Source: Candidatus Omnitrophota bacterium
GTDB taxonomy: Bacteria > Omnitrophota > Omnitrophia > Omnitrophales > Omnitrophaceae
Assembly: GCA_029561555.1 (NCBI GenBank)
Contig: JAKQXH010000044.1
Coordinates: forward strand, 9,691 to 73,690
Direction: 5' to 3'
Length of the DNA: 64,000 nt
Shown: piece after piece, positions 29,277 to 39,556 of the stretch
How positions within the stretch are numbered: the first letter of the stretch is position 1
Layout of the letters: the number at the start of each line of letters is the position of its first letter
Position numbers and translations under genes: made by a program
Notes under the pieces: generated by a model
Seen by the model: the letters and a program-made list of their open reading frames with translations, nothing else
Databases searched by the model: none
What the model was told of the DNA's origin: nothing

Positions 29277-30204
29277 ATCCGATGCAGCCGTTCAGAATGT
29301 ACGGCGGGCGGCCCTTGACTTCGTCGAAGATCCGGATGATGTACTCGCCGAGAAATCCCATGACCGTCAGCTGCACGCCTCCCAGCAGGGTGATCCCGAC
29401 CACGATGGAAGCCCAGCCGGGGATGCGGTGCTGGAAATTGAAGATGGTGTTTGCGATCAGATAGACGGAATAGAGAAGGCTTGAGATCGAAACGAAAAAC
29501 CCGATCAGGATCGAAATCTTCAGGGGGATTTCGGAAAACGAAATAATCCCGTCCATGGCGAGGTGCAGGAGCTTGAAGAAGGTGTATTTGGGCTTTCCCG
29601 CGAAGCGTTTGTCCCGGTCATAACGGATTCCCGTCTGCCTGAATCCGACCCAGCTCCTCAATCCTCTGATAAAACGGTTTCGTTCGGGGATTGCGTTGAT
29701 TAAGTTGGCGACTTTCCGGTCAACGAGGCAGCAGTCTCCGCTATCGAGGGGGATCTCTGTTTTGGAAATGGCTTTCAGCAGGCGGTAGTACGTTTTGTAG
29801 AGGATACGCATCAGAAGCGGGTCCTTGCGCGTCGCGCGGACCGCGTAAACGACCTGATAACCTTCGCGCCATTTTTCGAGAAACCGGGGAATGATTTCCG
29901 GCGGGTCCTGAAGGTCTCCGTCGAGAATGATCACGGCGTCTCCCCGCGAAAACTGAAGCCCGGCGGTAATGGCCATTTGATGCCCGAAATTTCTCGAAAA
30001 GGAGAGAATTTTGACTTTAGGGTCAGAACGGTTGAACCCCTGAAGAATCTCAAGAGACCGGTCCCGGCTTGCGTCATTGATGAAAATAATTTCGTAATCC
30101 AGATCGAGGGCCGCCAATACGTTTCGAGTCCGTTCGTAGAGGTGGGGAAGGACTTCTTCCTCGTTGTAAATCGGGAAAATAACCGATAATAAATTTCCGC
30201 TCAT
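29230..30204 (-). CDS. GT2 polyprenyl-phosphate glycosyltransferase (GtrB/YkcC-like)
   Basis: PIYNEE, NDASRD, SRNFGHQMAITAG, DGDLQDPPE, RFIRGLRSWVGF, two TMs, EVKGRPPY. Confidence 0.92.
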   Translation of the reverse strand: MSGNLLSVIFPIYNEEEVLPHLYERTRNVLAALDLDYEIIFINDASRDRSLEILQGFNRSDPKVKILSFSRNFGHQMAITAGLQFSRGDAVIILDGDLQDPPEIIPRFLEKWREGYQVVYAVRATRKDPLLMRILYKTYYRLLKAISKTEIPLDSGDCCLVDRKVANLINAIPERNRFIRGLRSWVGFRQTGIRYDRDKRFAGKPKYTFFKLLHLAMDGIISFSEIPLKISILIGFFVSISSLLYSVYLIANTIFNFQHRIPGWASIVVGITLLGGVQLTVMGFLGEYIIRIFDEVKGRPPYILNGCIGFDDHHAENIRRYSGL

Positions 30205-30300
30205 TGACGATGGCTCCGATTCTCGAGCCGCAGTATAGCCTACTCTTTTTGTTTTGAATAGTCCAAATTGGCCCGCTTCAAATTGTTTTTTTGGGGGAAA

Positions 30301-31715
30301 TCAACGTTGGGAATCGATTAAATACCGGAGAATAATTCTGGCTTTTTTGGCGAAATCCGCCCGTGAAACGTAAAGGCGCATCATTTTGAGGGCGAAGAAT
30401 AATTCATAGACCGTTTTGAGAACAAAACGGGGCAGTGCGAATAAAGCTCTTCGAGCCGGAACCGCGGAATACAGAAAGGGGAAATTGACGAAAAGGGGGA
30501 AAAGACGCATGAGTTTTTGAATGGCTTTATTTTCCCTGGGGGACATTTCTAAAATGGATTGTGTGAAAAAATCGTCCGGGATTTTCTTTTCCGCATTGGG
30601 AACGTAATGTCCGTGAGCGATTGCATACTCGGTCAGCGCCAGGCCGGGAAAGGGGACGAAAATATTCGCGAGCCCCATGGACGGCTTGGCTTTGATATTC
30701 AGTTCCAGTGTCTTCAGCATTTGCCCGAAGCTTTCGCCGGGGAGCCCGATAATATTTCCGATCCGGTACCGGATTTTGTATTGGGTGAGCAATTCGGCTG
30801 TTTTGAAAATTTGCGAGTCCGACATTTGGCGTTTGAGGACCGTATTTCGCATGAATTCGTCTCCCGATTCGATGCTCCAGTTCACGACAATGCATCCGCT
30901 GTCGCGCAGGGCCCGGGCGATTTCCTCGTCGACCAGATTGGCCCGGATATTGCAGGTGTAGGGGAGTCCGATTTCTTTCGGGAAACGTTCGCAAAATTCA
31001 GGAACCATTTCTTGTCGATAATGAACGTGTCGTCGTTGAATACGACCGTCAGCAGGGGATATTTTCCCCGAACCAGCCGGATTTCGTCGAGAAGGTAGCC
31101 GACACTTTTTTTCCGTATTACGGATCCGCAAGTCTTGAAAATTTCCCGGAATTTGTGATTGAAACAATAGGTGCAGTCATAAGGGCATCCCCGGCCTGAC
31201 AGGAACTGTTTGGACGGCATATTCCGTAGAGTGGGATCCACGCGGTAGACGATGTCCCGGTCCGGAAAAGGCAGCCGGTCCAATTCGGCGAAAGGATGAA
31301 ATTCCGACGGGCCGGGGCTTCCTTTGGGAGCGATATTTTTACGGGACCTGAAACCGCTTTGGATGTAATCGAGAAGCGCGATTTCTCCTTCCCCGGCGCA
31401 GAAAGCGTCAATCGTGGAATCCTTGATGCAGTCCCAGTCGAAAGTGGGGCCCGGCCCTCCGATCAGAGAGTTGGCTTTCAGCGTTTGCTTGGCGATTTTA
31501 TCGAATTCCCTGAACGAGGGGACGGCAAAGGAAAAAGCGGAATACAAAAGCAGGTCCGGCGCGAGGCTCCGGATGGTCTGAAGCGCTTTTGCTTGACGGG
31601 GCCCCCGAACAAAATGGACTTCAATGCCGTTCTGCTTCAGGACGCTGGAGAGAGAATAAATCCCGTGGCGGTCGTAAAAATGGCTGAGGGAATCAAAAAA
31701 AACGACGGTGGTCAA
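30301..31715 (-). pseudogene. Cobalamin-binding-domain radical SAM gene split by a 1-nt frameshift near 30993-31000
   Basis: The upstream frame (TTG 31715, SD AAGGAG) gives GEGE...SGRGCPYDCTYC...FNDDTFIIDKKWFL. The other frame continues (E)FCERFPKEIGLPYTCNIRA...SIESG...VPFPG. Joined, it aligns collinearly with paralog 17066 (FFIDDLFTFDKIWLKEFLAEYKKEVGIPFVCMTRA). Confidence 0.85.
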
Positions 31716-31736
31716 TATCGGGCTCCTTGCATGATG

Positions 31737-34157
31737 TTAATAATTTACCGGCACGTCCCTGACAAATTTATTGTAACCGGTTTTAGGGCGGAGGTAAATT
31801 CCCGAGAGGAGCCAGAGGATGCCGAAGAGCCAGAAGAGGGAATTGATTTCGAAAAAGGCGTACAGGGCGGATAATACGGGAGAGTGAAACGTAAAATGAA
31901 TAAGATTCGGACCTTTTGAAAGCGGGACGGCCTTGTAAGCGAGGTTGGCTTTGAATACGGTCACGGGTTTACCGTTTACAGTGGCTTTCCAGCGGGGATG
32001 CCAGGTGTCGCTGTAAAGCAGCCAGGCGGATTTCAGGTCCGGCGGCATATTGACGGCGAGATTCAGGCGGTTCGCGTCAAAAAACAGGATCCGGTAAGGT
32101 CCCGTCAGGCGGGCGTTGAGGGAAACCGGTTTTTCGGGAGCCCATTCAATGGTCCCCGGAATATTCTTCGGGCTTCGGCCCGGGCGATGCAGGAACGGGA
32201 TGTCGCCGTTATAGTCGGGACGGTTCATCTGAGCGGATGTCCATAAATCCTGCTCGGCAAAATAAATATCGGGGAAGACATACGCGGTTTCGAAGAATTG
32301 AATCTTGTCTTCCGTCAGCCCCGCTATTTTCCCGGAGGCGGGATGGGACAGCGGGAAATCGAGTTTTTTGAGTTCTTCAAAACCTGCCGGTGGAGTCGAA
32401 GTGTCGCGGAGGGACTGTCCCCAGTAAGTTTTCATGTATGAATCAAGCGGCAGGAGCCAGTGATCGGTCCGGTATGCATTGCCGATTTCATCCTGAAACG
32501 TGAAGGACTGAAGCGAGAAATAAGCCGCGCCATAGGAGACCCGTTTTTGGCAGAAGAAGGTGCGCAATTCGCCGGAATTCGGCGAGGCGATGCGCCGCGT
32601 CGCGTAAGGCATGGGCTGGAAAGCAGTGATTTTGGCTTCTTTTTGGTTAAGAGAGACGGTCCTGAGGCAGGTTTCCGAAAATTTGTATTCGCCCAGGTCC
32701 CAAAGATGGAGAGCCAGGGCTATAAAGAGAATGACCCGGGAATATTTTTTAAATTGAGGAGCCGCGCCCGAAATAACTAAAACGCCTGAAATGATCGCAA
32801 GAATAGCCGCGCTGACTGCCCGGGCGGTTATCACCCTGGGCAGGAAGGTCCAGGCGAATTTCGAAAGGCCGTTTGGAACAATAATGGCGAGAAGGACCCT
32901 GAGAGTTTCATGGTTTTTGAGAAGGATGAGGGCGTTGGCCGAAACGGCAAAGAGAACCGCTCCGACAAAGAAAAAGCGGAATTTGGATTTTTTGATTCTG
33001 TCCATAGCGGCGGCATGCGTGAACATCCCGTCCAGTCCCGCGCCCGCCAGGAGACAGAGAAAATATTTCGCGAAAAGAGTAACCAGCGAGAGATGCCGGA
33101 AGAATTTCATTCCGGGCCAGGCGTAATAAAAAAATACGGCCAGCGGCGTGCCCATGGCAAAGAGAGAGATTAAAACCGCCGCGAGGAGGAAATGGGCGTT
33201 TTTCCTGCGAAGCGTGAATAGTCCCAGCAGGGCGAGTGAGATCCCGAGAATTCCGATGTAGAGATTGTAGTCGACGCAGGGGGAAATTCTCAGAAACGAT
33301 TCCATCCAGCAGCCGGGGTTGAGCGTTCCTCCGTATTCGAGGAAATACTTTAAGGGAACGGTTCCGTCGGGATTTCGTCCGAGATAATATTTGGTCAGGA
33401 GGCCGGTTTCGGTCCGGAGCAAGAGCAGGACGGCGAACAATGAAAATAAAACAGCGGCAATAGCGGCAACGGAGGCCATGCTGAATTTAAGAGAAAAGAT
33501 CTTTTTGCGAATCTCACGGGGATTGCAAACGGTATAGGAGGAGAAATAGATAGCGATTACCAACGATAGGACGGGCGGATAGTAGGGTAGATTTGCGAGC
33601 ATTTGAACCGCAAATAAATTTCCCGCAAGAGCCAGATATCTCCATTGTCCCTGTTCGAGAAATCGATGGAGGAGGTCGAGCATGAGAGGCATTGCGTAGT
33701 AGAAATGAAAATTAAACCAGACCTGTCCCGCCCAAATGCAGGAACCCATGACGGACACGGCGGTGAAAAAAGCGGCAGCCGGCGAAAGGAATCTTCTCGC
33801 AAAGAGCCATGTTCCAACCAATAGCAGAAGTTCGTCAAAGAAAATCCCGGCATTGAAAATCTGAATAAAATTAATTCCTTTCAGGAGTGGGGTCGCCAGC
33901 AGCAGGACATTTTGCAGAATTCCGGCTTGAATGGCGTACCACCAGGTCGCGACCGTTCCGTGAGTCATGAAGGGCATCCATTGAGGGATTTCACCGTACA
34001 TGACGGCGTGATTCAGGAAGTAATACTGAAGGGTAAAGTATTCGAATGTGTCATGTCCGTTAGGGATACGGTTTTTAAAGTTCAGGAAAAGAATGAGACT
34101 GAATTCCAGGCAGAGGATTAAAAAGAAAAGAATGCGGTCGAGCCGGGCTGTTTTCAA
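31737..34157 (-). CDS. YfhO-family membrane protein (putative GT-C glycosyltransferase), paralog of 8723
   Basis: HDTF...PQWMPFMTHG loop, many TMs, C-terminal WLLYSDTWHPRWKATVNGKPV...ANLAYKAVPLSKGPNLIHF followed by a TM. Confidence 0.75.
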   Translation of the reverse strand: MKTARLDRILFFLILCLEFSLILFLNFKNRIPNGHDTFEYFTLQYYFLNHAVMYGEIPQWMPFMTHGTVATWWYAIQAGILQNVLLLATPLLKGINFIQIFNAGIFFDELLLLVGTWLFARRFLSPAAAFFTAVSVMGSCIWAGQVWFNFHFYYAMPLMLDLLHRFLEQGQWRYLALAGNLFAVQMLANLPYYPPVLSLVIAIYFSSYTVCNPREIRKKIFSLKFSMASVAAIAAVLFSLFAVLLLLRTETGLLTKYYLGRNPDGTVPLKYFLEYGGTLNPGCWMESFLRISPCVDYNLYIGILGISLALLGLFTLRRKNAHFLLAAVLISLFAMGTPLAVFFYYAWPGMKFFRHLSLVTLFAKYFLCLLAGAGLDGMFTHAAAMDRIKKSKFRFFFVGAVLFAVSANALILLKNHETLRVLLAIIVPNGLSKFAWTFLPRVITARAVSAAILAIISGVLVISGAAPQFKKYSRVILFIALALHLWDLGEYKFSETCLRTVSLNQKEAKITAFQPMPYATRRIASPNSGELRTFFCQKRVSYGAAYFSLQSFTFQDEIGNAYRTDHWLLPLDSYMKTYWGQSLRDTSTPPAGFEELKKLDFPLSHPASGKIAGLTEDKIQFFETAYVFPDIYFAEQDLWTSAQMNRPDYNGDIPFLHRPGRSPKNIPGTIEWAPEKPVSLNARLTGPYRILFFDANRLNLAVNMPPDLKSAWLLYSDTWHPRWKATVNGKPVTVFKANLAYKAVPLSKGPNLIHFTFHSPVLSALYAFFEINSLFWLFGILWLLSGIYLRPKTGYNKFVRDVPVNY

Positions 34158-35662
34158 GCGAATTTCCTCGTCAGGGTATGGGATGCCATTTCGCGAATGT
34201 GGGTTTCCGTTTCAGGGCCGAATTTTCTCCGGATCATCTCGAGGTATTCCGGGTTTTTGAAATAAGTCTGGAATGCCCGGTCGCGGAAGCGGACGACTTC
34301 AGCGCTTGAAAGATATTTCGTCGGAAGAGGCAGCATGTCTTCCGAATGCTGGGAGTATCCGCCCCAGGTTTTGGGAAGAGGCCAGCCTTCTTTCAGCGCT
34401 TGCCGGTACAGATCGGAGCCCGGATAGGCCATGGTGCAGTAAAAATTGGCGAATTCACAGTTTAATTCCGTTGCCAGGTCGAGCGTTTCCTGCATGGATC
34501 GGAGATCGTCTTCCGGCAGGCCGAAAATATAGTTTCCGATGACGTGAATTCCGGTCGCGTTTACTTCCCGCATGGCCTTGAAAATATCTTCCTGGACAAA
34601 TCCTTTTTGAACGTCGTCCCGCACCCGCGAACTGCCGGCTTCGATTCCGAACGCAAGCCAGTTCATGCCCGCGCGCTTCATTTTTTCGCACAATCCCTTC
34701 CGGAGCGTGTCGACGCGGGCGTACGCCCAAAGATTGAGATCGTATCCCCGTCCGATGATCAGGTCGCAAATCCCTTCGACATGCTTTTCGTTCAGCACAA
34801 ACATTTCATCGGCGATTTTGATGTTTCGGACGCCGTATCGGGAAACGAGAAGATCGATTTGCGTGATGACCCATTGCGGGCTCCAGTAACGGTAGGTGTT
34901 GACGTCCTCCCGGTTTCCGGAAAGCTTTTCTCCGCTTTTGAAAGGCGCGTGAATGCAGCAGAAACTGCAGCGGTAGGGACATCCCAACGTGGTGTAAAGG
35001 GCCGCGTAGGGTTCGCGTTTCAGATGACCGAAGCAATGCCAGTTGTGGGCGCGGTATCGGTTCATGGGGAGAAGGTCCCAAGCCATTGCCGGGATGCCTT
35101 CGTCCAAATTTTTTACGAGCGGCGCCGGGGGATTTGAGTCAATCACGCCGTTGTTGCGGTACCACAATCCCCGTACTTTACCGAGATCACCGGGACGGTC
35201 GGATTTGAGCGCTTCGATGAGATCCGTCAGTGTGTACAGGCATTCCCCGTCACAGACAAAATCCGCGTTTTCATCCCGAAGCGTTCTCTCGGGCAGCGCG
35301 GCGACGTGCCCGCCGGCGAGCAGAATTTTCATCTCCGGCGTTCTTTGTTTGATTGCCGAACAGGCGGCCGAGGCAGCCGGCATATTTTGAGTGGAAGCGG
35401 AAGGCTGATGACCGTAGACAATGACAGCGGCAAGCAGAGGATTGATTTCGGAGACCCGCCGGGCTGTTTCATCGGGGCCGAGCCCTTCGGCGTTTGCGTC
35501 TAGGATTTCGATTGAAAACCCCTTGTTTCGGGCAAATCCCGCCATGATCCCGATCCATACGGGGGGTTCTATGGCGGCGAGACTTCTTCCAAGGGTTTGA
35601 TAGACCTGTGACCGGTTTCCGGGATTGATCAGCAGGAGGTCCGGTTTTCGGGAAGAGGTCAT
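34154..35662 (-). CDS. Cobalamin-binding-domain radical SAM enzyme
   Basis: DLLLINP, EPPVW, GGHVAALP, TTLGCPYRCSFC, ADEMF, FGIEAG, MAYPGS. Confidence 0.9.
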   Translation of the reverse strand: MTSSRKPDLLLINPGNRSQVYQTLGRSLAAIEPPVWIGIMAGFARNKGFSIEILDANAEGLGPDETARRVSEINPLLAAVIVYGHQPSASTQNMPAASAACSAIKQRTPEMKILLAGGHVAALPERTLRDENADFVCDGECLYTLTDLIEALKSDRPGDLGKVRGLWYRNNGVIDSNPPAPLVKNLDEGIPAMAWDLLPMNRYRAHNWHCFGHLKREPYAALYTTLGCPYRCSFCCIHAPFKSGEKLSGNREDVNTYRYWSPQWVITQIDLLVSRYGVRNIKIADEMFVLNEKHVEGICDLIIGRGYDLNLWAYARVDTLRKGLCEKMKRAGMNWLAFGIEAGSSRVRDDVQKGFVQEDIFKAMREVNATGIHVIGNYIFGLPEDDLRSMQETLDLATELNCEFANFYCTMAYPGSDLYRQALKEGWPLPKTWGGYSQHSEDMLPLPTKYLSSAEVVRFRDRAFQTYFKNPEYLEMIRRKFGPETETHIREMASHTLTRKFA

Positions 35663-35666
35663 GGGC

Positions 35667-36383
35667 TTATTCCGGGGAGGAAGTTTTCCATTGGCTGTAG
35701 ATTTTCTGGAATTCCTTCAACCGTTCCGGCGTGCCGATATCGTAGAGTTTTTCCGGATTGACGTAGGCGTAAAATTCGTCCGGGCTGAGAGAAGGGAAAA
35801 GGTCTTTTTCGAAAGAAAAAGACCTTCCGGACGGGATTTGCTCCAATATCCGCCGGGTGAAAACATAAATACCCGCGTTCAAATAATTTCCCGGTTCTTT
35901 TTCGCAAAAGGAAAGGATCTGTCTGTCGAGGCCGATCTTGATGCTGCCTGCGTCGGTTCTCGAGCGGTCATCCGGCGTGACCACGGCGGTTGCCAGCACT
36001 TTGTTCTGTTCATGAAACTCCAGAAGGGAGTGATAATCGACCGGGCAGAACGAGTCTCCGTTTAGAACGAGGAAAAAAGGGTTTTTTAGAAAGGGTTCGC
36101 AATTTTTAACGGCTCCCGCGGTTCCGAGGGCTGTTTTCTCCCGGGAAAAATGCAAAGAGAGGCCTTTCCGCTTTTGAAAATATTGCTCAATGATTTCTCC
36201 CTTGTAGCCGGTCGCGAGGATGAATTTTTCGAAGCCGTAGGGGGCGATGCTGTTGATCAGAATTTCAAGGAACGGACTTTGCCCGATCGTGACCATGGGC
36301 TTCGGTATCTTGTCGGTGACGGGTTTGAGACGCTTCCCGATGCCTCCGCACAAGATAATAAGATCAACGTCTTGGGGCTCCAT
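35667..36383 (-). CDS. hddC: Sugar-1-phosphate nucleotidyltransferase (D-glycero-alpha-D-manno-heptose 1-phosphate guanylyltransferase-like)
   Basis: ILCGGIGKRL...PKPM, LGTAGA, VLNGDSF, NAGIY, DIGTPE; adjacent to the heptose kinase. Confidence 0.75.
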   Translation of the reverse strand: MEPQDVDLIILCGGIGKRLKPVTDKIPKPMVTIGQSPFLEILINSIAPYGFEKFILATGYKGEIIEQYFQKRKGLSLHFSREKTALGTAGAVKNCEPFLKNPFFLVLNGDSFCPVDYHSLLEFHEQNKVLATAVVTPDDRSRTDAGSIKIGLDRQILSFCEKEPGNYLNAGIYVFTRRILEQIPSGRSFSFEKDLFPSLSPDEFYAYVNPEKLYDIGTPERLKEFQKIYSQWKTSSPE

Positions 36384-36391
36384 GCCGGTTG

Positions 36392-37417
36392 TCAGAAAGT
36401 CCTTTCGCGCAGCAGACGGTCCGTTTTTCGCCGGTTGGGACGGTAAAAAACGATTTGGGAGCCGTTGCTTTCAAGCCGGAAGGGAACCGCAATGAGTTTT
36501 TTGAGCTTCTCGCGGATTTGTTTGTGGTTGTCCGGTTTTGCGAAAAAGAGAATAAATCCTCCTCCCCCGGCGCCGATCAATTTTCCTCCGATGGCGCCCG
36601 CATTGAGGCCTGCTTCGTAGATTTGATCGATTTCGGGAGTCGTCACCCCTTCGGCGAGGCTCCTTTTGAGCATCCAGGATTCATGGAGGAGTTTTCCGAA
36701 ATCCGAAAGATCGTTTCCTCCTCCTAAAATTCCCAGCCCCCGCTCGACCATCTGCCGCATGGAAGCAAGGTCTTCGTTTTTCTTTTCGATGTTTTCGATT
36801 TTTTTCTTGGCGATTTCGGATGCGGTGCGGGAGAACCCCGTGAAAAAGAGCATCAGATGATTTTGAAAATCCTCGAGACGCTCACCGTTCAGGATAACCG
36901 GCTCGACGGTAAAGGTTCCGTCCGGTTTGAAGTTGATTTTGTTCAAGCCTCCGAAGGCCGCCGCGACCTGATCCTGCGATCCGACATTTTCCTTCAGGAC
37001 ATCTCGCTCGATATGAATGGCGTCCAGCGCCAGCTGTTTTTTTGTGGGCATGATTTCCTTGAGCCCATACAGGGCGTGCAGGAGTCCGACGCTGAAAGAG
37101 GAACTGGATCCGGTACCGGTCCTGGCCGGAAGATCGCCGTCATGATGGATTTCAACGCCTTCTTCGATCCCCATGAATTTGAGCGCTTCCCGGACGGCCG
37201 GGTGCTGAATTTCATCCCTGGATTTCACCAGTTCTACTTTGGAATACACGATGCGGCTTTTGTGCTCAAAAAAGGGAGGCAGAAAACGGCACGAAAGATA
37301 GCAGTATTTATCGATGGTCGTCGAGAGGACGCACCCTCCGTGTTTTTCGTACCACGCGGGGTAGTCCGTCCCCCCGCCAAAAAAAGAAATTCGGTAAGGC
37401 GTGCGGCAGATAATCAT
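36392..37417 (-). CDS. hddA: GHMP kinase, D-glycero-alpha-D-manno-heptose 7-phosphate kinase-like
   Basis: RTPYRISFFGGGTD, LPARTGTGSSS, VGSQDQ, GGKLIGAGGGG. Confidence 0.85.
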   Translation of the reverse strand: MIICRTPYRISFFGGGTDYPAWYEKHGGCVLSTTIDKYCYLSCRFLPPFFEHKSRIVYSKVELVKSRDEIQHPAVREALKFMGIEEGVEIHHDGDLPARTGTGSSSSFSVGLLHALYGLKEIMPTKKQLALDAIHIERDVLKENVGSQDQVAAAFGGLNKINFKPDGTFTVEPVILNGERLEDFQNHLMLFFTGFSRTASEIAKKKIENIEKKNEDLASMRQMVERGLGILGGGNDLSDFGKLLHESWMLKRSLAEGVTTPEIDQIYEAGLNAGAIGGKLIGAGGGGFILFFAKPDNHKQIREKLKKLIAVPFRLESNGSQIVFYRPNRRKTDRLLRERTF

Positions 37418-37435
37418 GAAAACCCCTCTTTCGGA

Positions 37436-38365
37436 TTAAAGTCCGGTCCCGCAGAAGCTATTGTGATTTTCAAGAAACCATTCTACGGTTTCTTCCAGCC
37501 CCTTTTCAAGCTTTGTGAATTTAAAACCCGGAAAGCGTTTTGGGAATAGGTTGCTTTTCAGGACTCTGACTCTCTGGCCTTCGGGTTTGCTTTTATCAAA
37601 ACGGATTTTTCCTTTGAATTTCATGGCTCCGGCGATTATTCCGGCAAGATCTCTGATTTTGATTCCGGAGTCCGGCGCCAGGATAACCGTGTCCGGGCTT
37701 TCGATGGATTGACCGGTTTTCAGGATCAACCGCGCGACATCGCCCGAGAAAACAAATTGCCGTACGGCCTCTCCGCTTCCCCAAACCACCAAGGTTTTTC
37801 CGCTTTGTTTGGCGTGAAAACATTTATGGATTAACGCGCTCAGGACGTGGCTATTTTCCAAATCCCAGTGGTCATGCGGCCCGTACATCGTGACGGGCGT
37901 GACGGTCGTGAAGCGGCAACCGTGCTGTTCCCAGAGCAAACGGGTCTGGATGTCCAGCATCCGTTTCGCGCAGCCGTATCCCAGATTCCCGGGGAACGGC
38001 AGGCCGGAATGGAGATCGGTTTCCCGGGTCGGACGCCCGGAGTAAAAAGGGAACGCGCAACTTGAAAGAAGGGACACCAAGCCTTTGACTTTGTGCTTTT
38101 GGGCGGAGGCGAGAACATTGGTGTTGATTTGAATGTTGTCCGCGAAAAAATCCGCGTTCCTTTCGGCGTTGATTTTGACTCCGCCGACTTTTGCCGCAAG
38201 ATGCAGGACCCGGTCCGGCTTTTTATCGCCAAAGATGCGGTCAGTCTGTTTGGCGTCCCGAAGGTCTCCGTTTTGACTCGTCAGAAACGTCGCGCCCGGA
38301 ACAATTTTCCGTACCGCGTGCCCCAGGAGTCCGCTCCCTCCGGTTACGAGGATTTTTTCCTGCAT
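37436..38365 (-). CDS. GDP-L-fucose/colitose synthase-like epimerase-reductase (Fcl/ColC family)
   Basis: VTGGSGLLG, HLAAKVGG, LSSCAFP, YGCAK, MYGPHD, SHVLSAL, WGSGEAVRQF, KPEGQ. Start ATG 38365 (MQEKILV). Confidence 0.85.
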   Translation of the reverse strand: MQEKILVTGGSGLLGHAVRKIVPGATFLTSQNGDLRDAKQTDRIFGDKKPDRVLHLAAKVGGVKINAERNADFFADNIQINTNVLASAQKHKVKGLVSLLSSCAFPFYSGRPTRETDLHSGLPFPGNLGYGCAKRMLDIQTRLLWEQHGCRFTTVTPVTMYGPHDHWDLENSHVLSALIHKCFHAKQSGKTLVVWGSGEAVRQFVFSGDVARLILKTGQSIESPDTVILAPDSGIKIRDLAGIIAGAMKFKGKIRFDKSKPEGQRVRVLKSNLFPKRFPGFKFTKLEKGLEETVEWFLENHNSFCGTGL

Positions 38366-39528
38366 GAAGCCTCCAGTACGATTTTTGAGATGAAATCCAC
38401 CCCTTGGGCGTCGAGGGCGGGATTGTTGGGAAGAAAGATGCCGCATTGATAAAGCTGATCCGCAACGGGGAAATCGGGCTTTCCGTAGCGGTTGAACCAG
38501 AACGGGTGGCGTCCGAGATTGCCGGCCGTGAAAAGACGCGTTTCGATTCCGTTTTTGGTCAATGCGGCGGCCAGGGAGTGACGTTCGACCGAATTTTTGG
38601 CCAGCATGCAGAAGGAAATGCTGGAGAGCGTGGCATCCGGGTCTTTGCATTGCTGAATGCGAAATCTTTCTCCCAGATGCTTTTGATAACGCAAATGATT
38701 GGCGTGGCGCCTGGAAATCATCCATTCGAGTTTCTCAAGCTGCCGGAGTCCAAGGAAAGCATTCAGGTCCGTCGATCTTAAGTTGAGGCCGGGTTCGTAA
38801 AAGACGAAAGGCTTGTGATCGTCGTTCACGCGGTATTTTTTGACCAGTTTCTGATGGGAGACCGGATCCAGGTCTTTGCTCCAGCCGTGGCTTCTGAGCA
38901 TCAGGAGAAGATCCCGGAAGAGGGGATTGTCCGTGGAAACCATTCCGCCTTCGATTGTGGACATCTGATGCCCGAAATAGAAAGAGAAGCTGGACATGTC
39001 GCCGAAGGTGCCGATTTTTCTTCCGAAAAAGGTGGACCCGATGGAGGCACAGGCGTCTTCAAGCAGGATGAATCTGTATTTTTTCTTGAGTGCCATCACG
39101 GCGTTCATTTTATGCGGGATGCCGAGCACCTGGACCATTGTGACGGCCGAGGGCTCATGTTTTTTAAGGAGTTTTTCGAGATGATCCAGATTTAACCCGA
39201 ATGTGTCCGGATCGGATTCGCAGAGAATCGGCTCGAAACCGAATTGAATGGCCGGCGCAATCGTGGTTACCCATCCGGTGGCCGGGACGATTACTTTTTT
39301 GTTCTTCAGTTTTCCGGAAAGGAGAAGGGCATAATACATCAGCAGGTTGGCCGAAGATCCCGAATTGCAGAACGCGGAAAACTTCCGTCCGATCCATCGG
39401 CTCCATTGATTTTCAAAGAGAACGTTCAACTTGTCCTTGGTCAGTCGGGGAGTCCCTTTCAGCCATTCGATCAGGCGGTCAATGTCTTTTTGGTCGATGG
39501 TGTCTTCCGCGAGATGAAATCGAAGCAT
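38344..39528 (-). CDS. PLP-dependent DegT/DnrJ-family enzyme with His at the catalytic Lys position (ColD-type NDP-4-keto-sugar 3-dehydratase-like)
   Basis: NSGSSANLL, WVTT, EDAC, SFYFGHQMSTIEGG, RSHGW, GLNLR. SD GGAGG before ATG 39528. Confidence 0.82.
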   Translation of the reverse strand: MLRFHLAEDTIDQKDIDRLIEWLKGTPRLTKDKLNVLFENQWSRWIGRKFSAFCNSGSSANLLMYYALLLSGKLKNKKVIVPATGWVTTIAPAIQFGFEPILCESDPDTFGLNLDHLEKLLKKHEPSAVTMVQVLGIPHKMNAVMALKKKYRFILLEDACASIGSTFFGRKIGTFGDMSSFSFYFGHQMSTIEGGMVSTDNPLFRDLLLMLRSHGWSKDLDPVSHQKLVKKYRVNDDHKPFVFYEPGLNLRSTDLNAFLGLRQLEKLEWMISRRHANHLRYQKHLGERFRIQQCKDPDATLSSISFCMLAKNSVERHSLAAALTKNGIETRLFTAGNLGRHPFWFNRYGKPDFPVADQLYQCGIFLPNNPALDAQGVDFISKIVLEASCRKKSS

Positions 39529-39556
39529 TGCAAACCCTCCGTTATCTGATTGTGAT

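Noticed and set aside
5026-35662. RiPP (proteusin/ranthipeptide-type) cluster suggested by the many B12 and SPASM radical SAM genes
   Set aside because: I saw no precursor peptide, PqqD/RRE domain, peptidase or peptide exporter; the neighbours are sugar enzymes.
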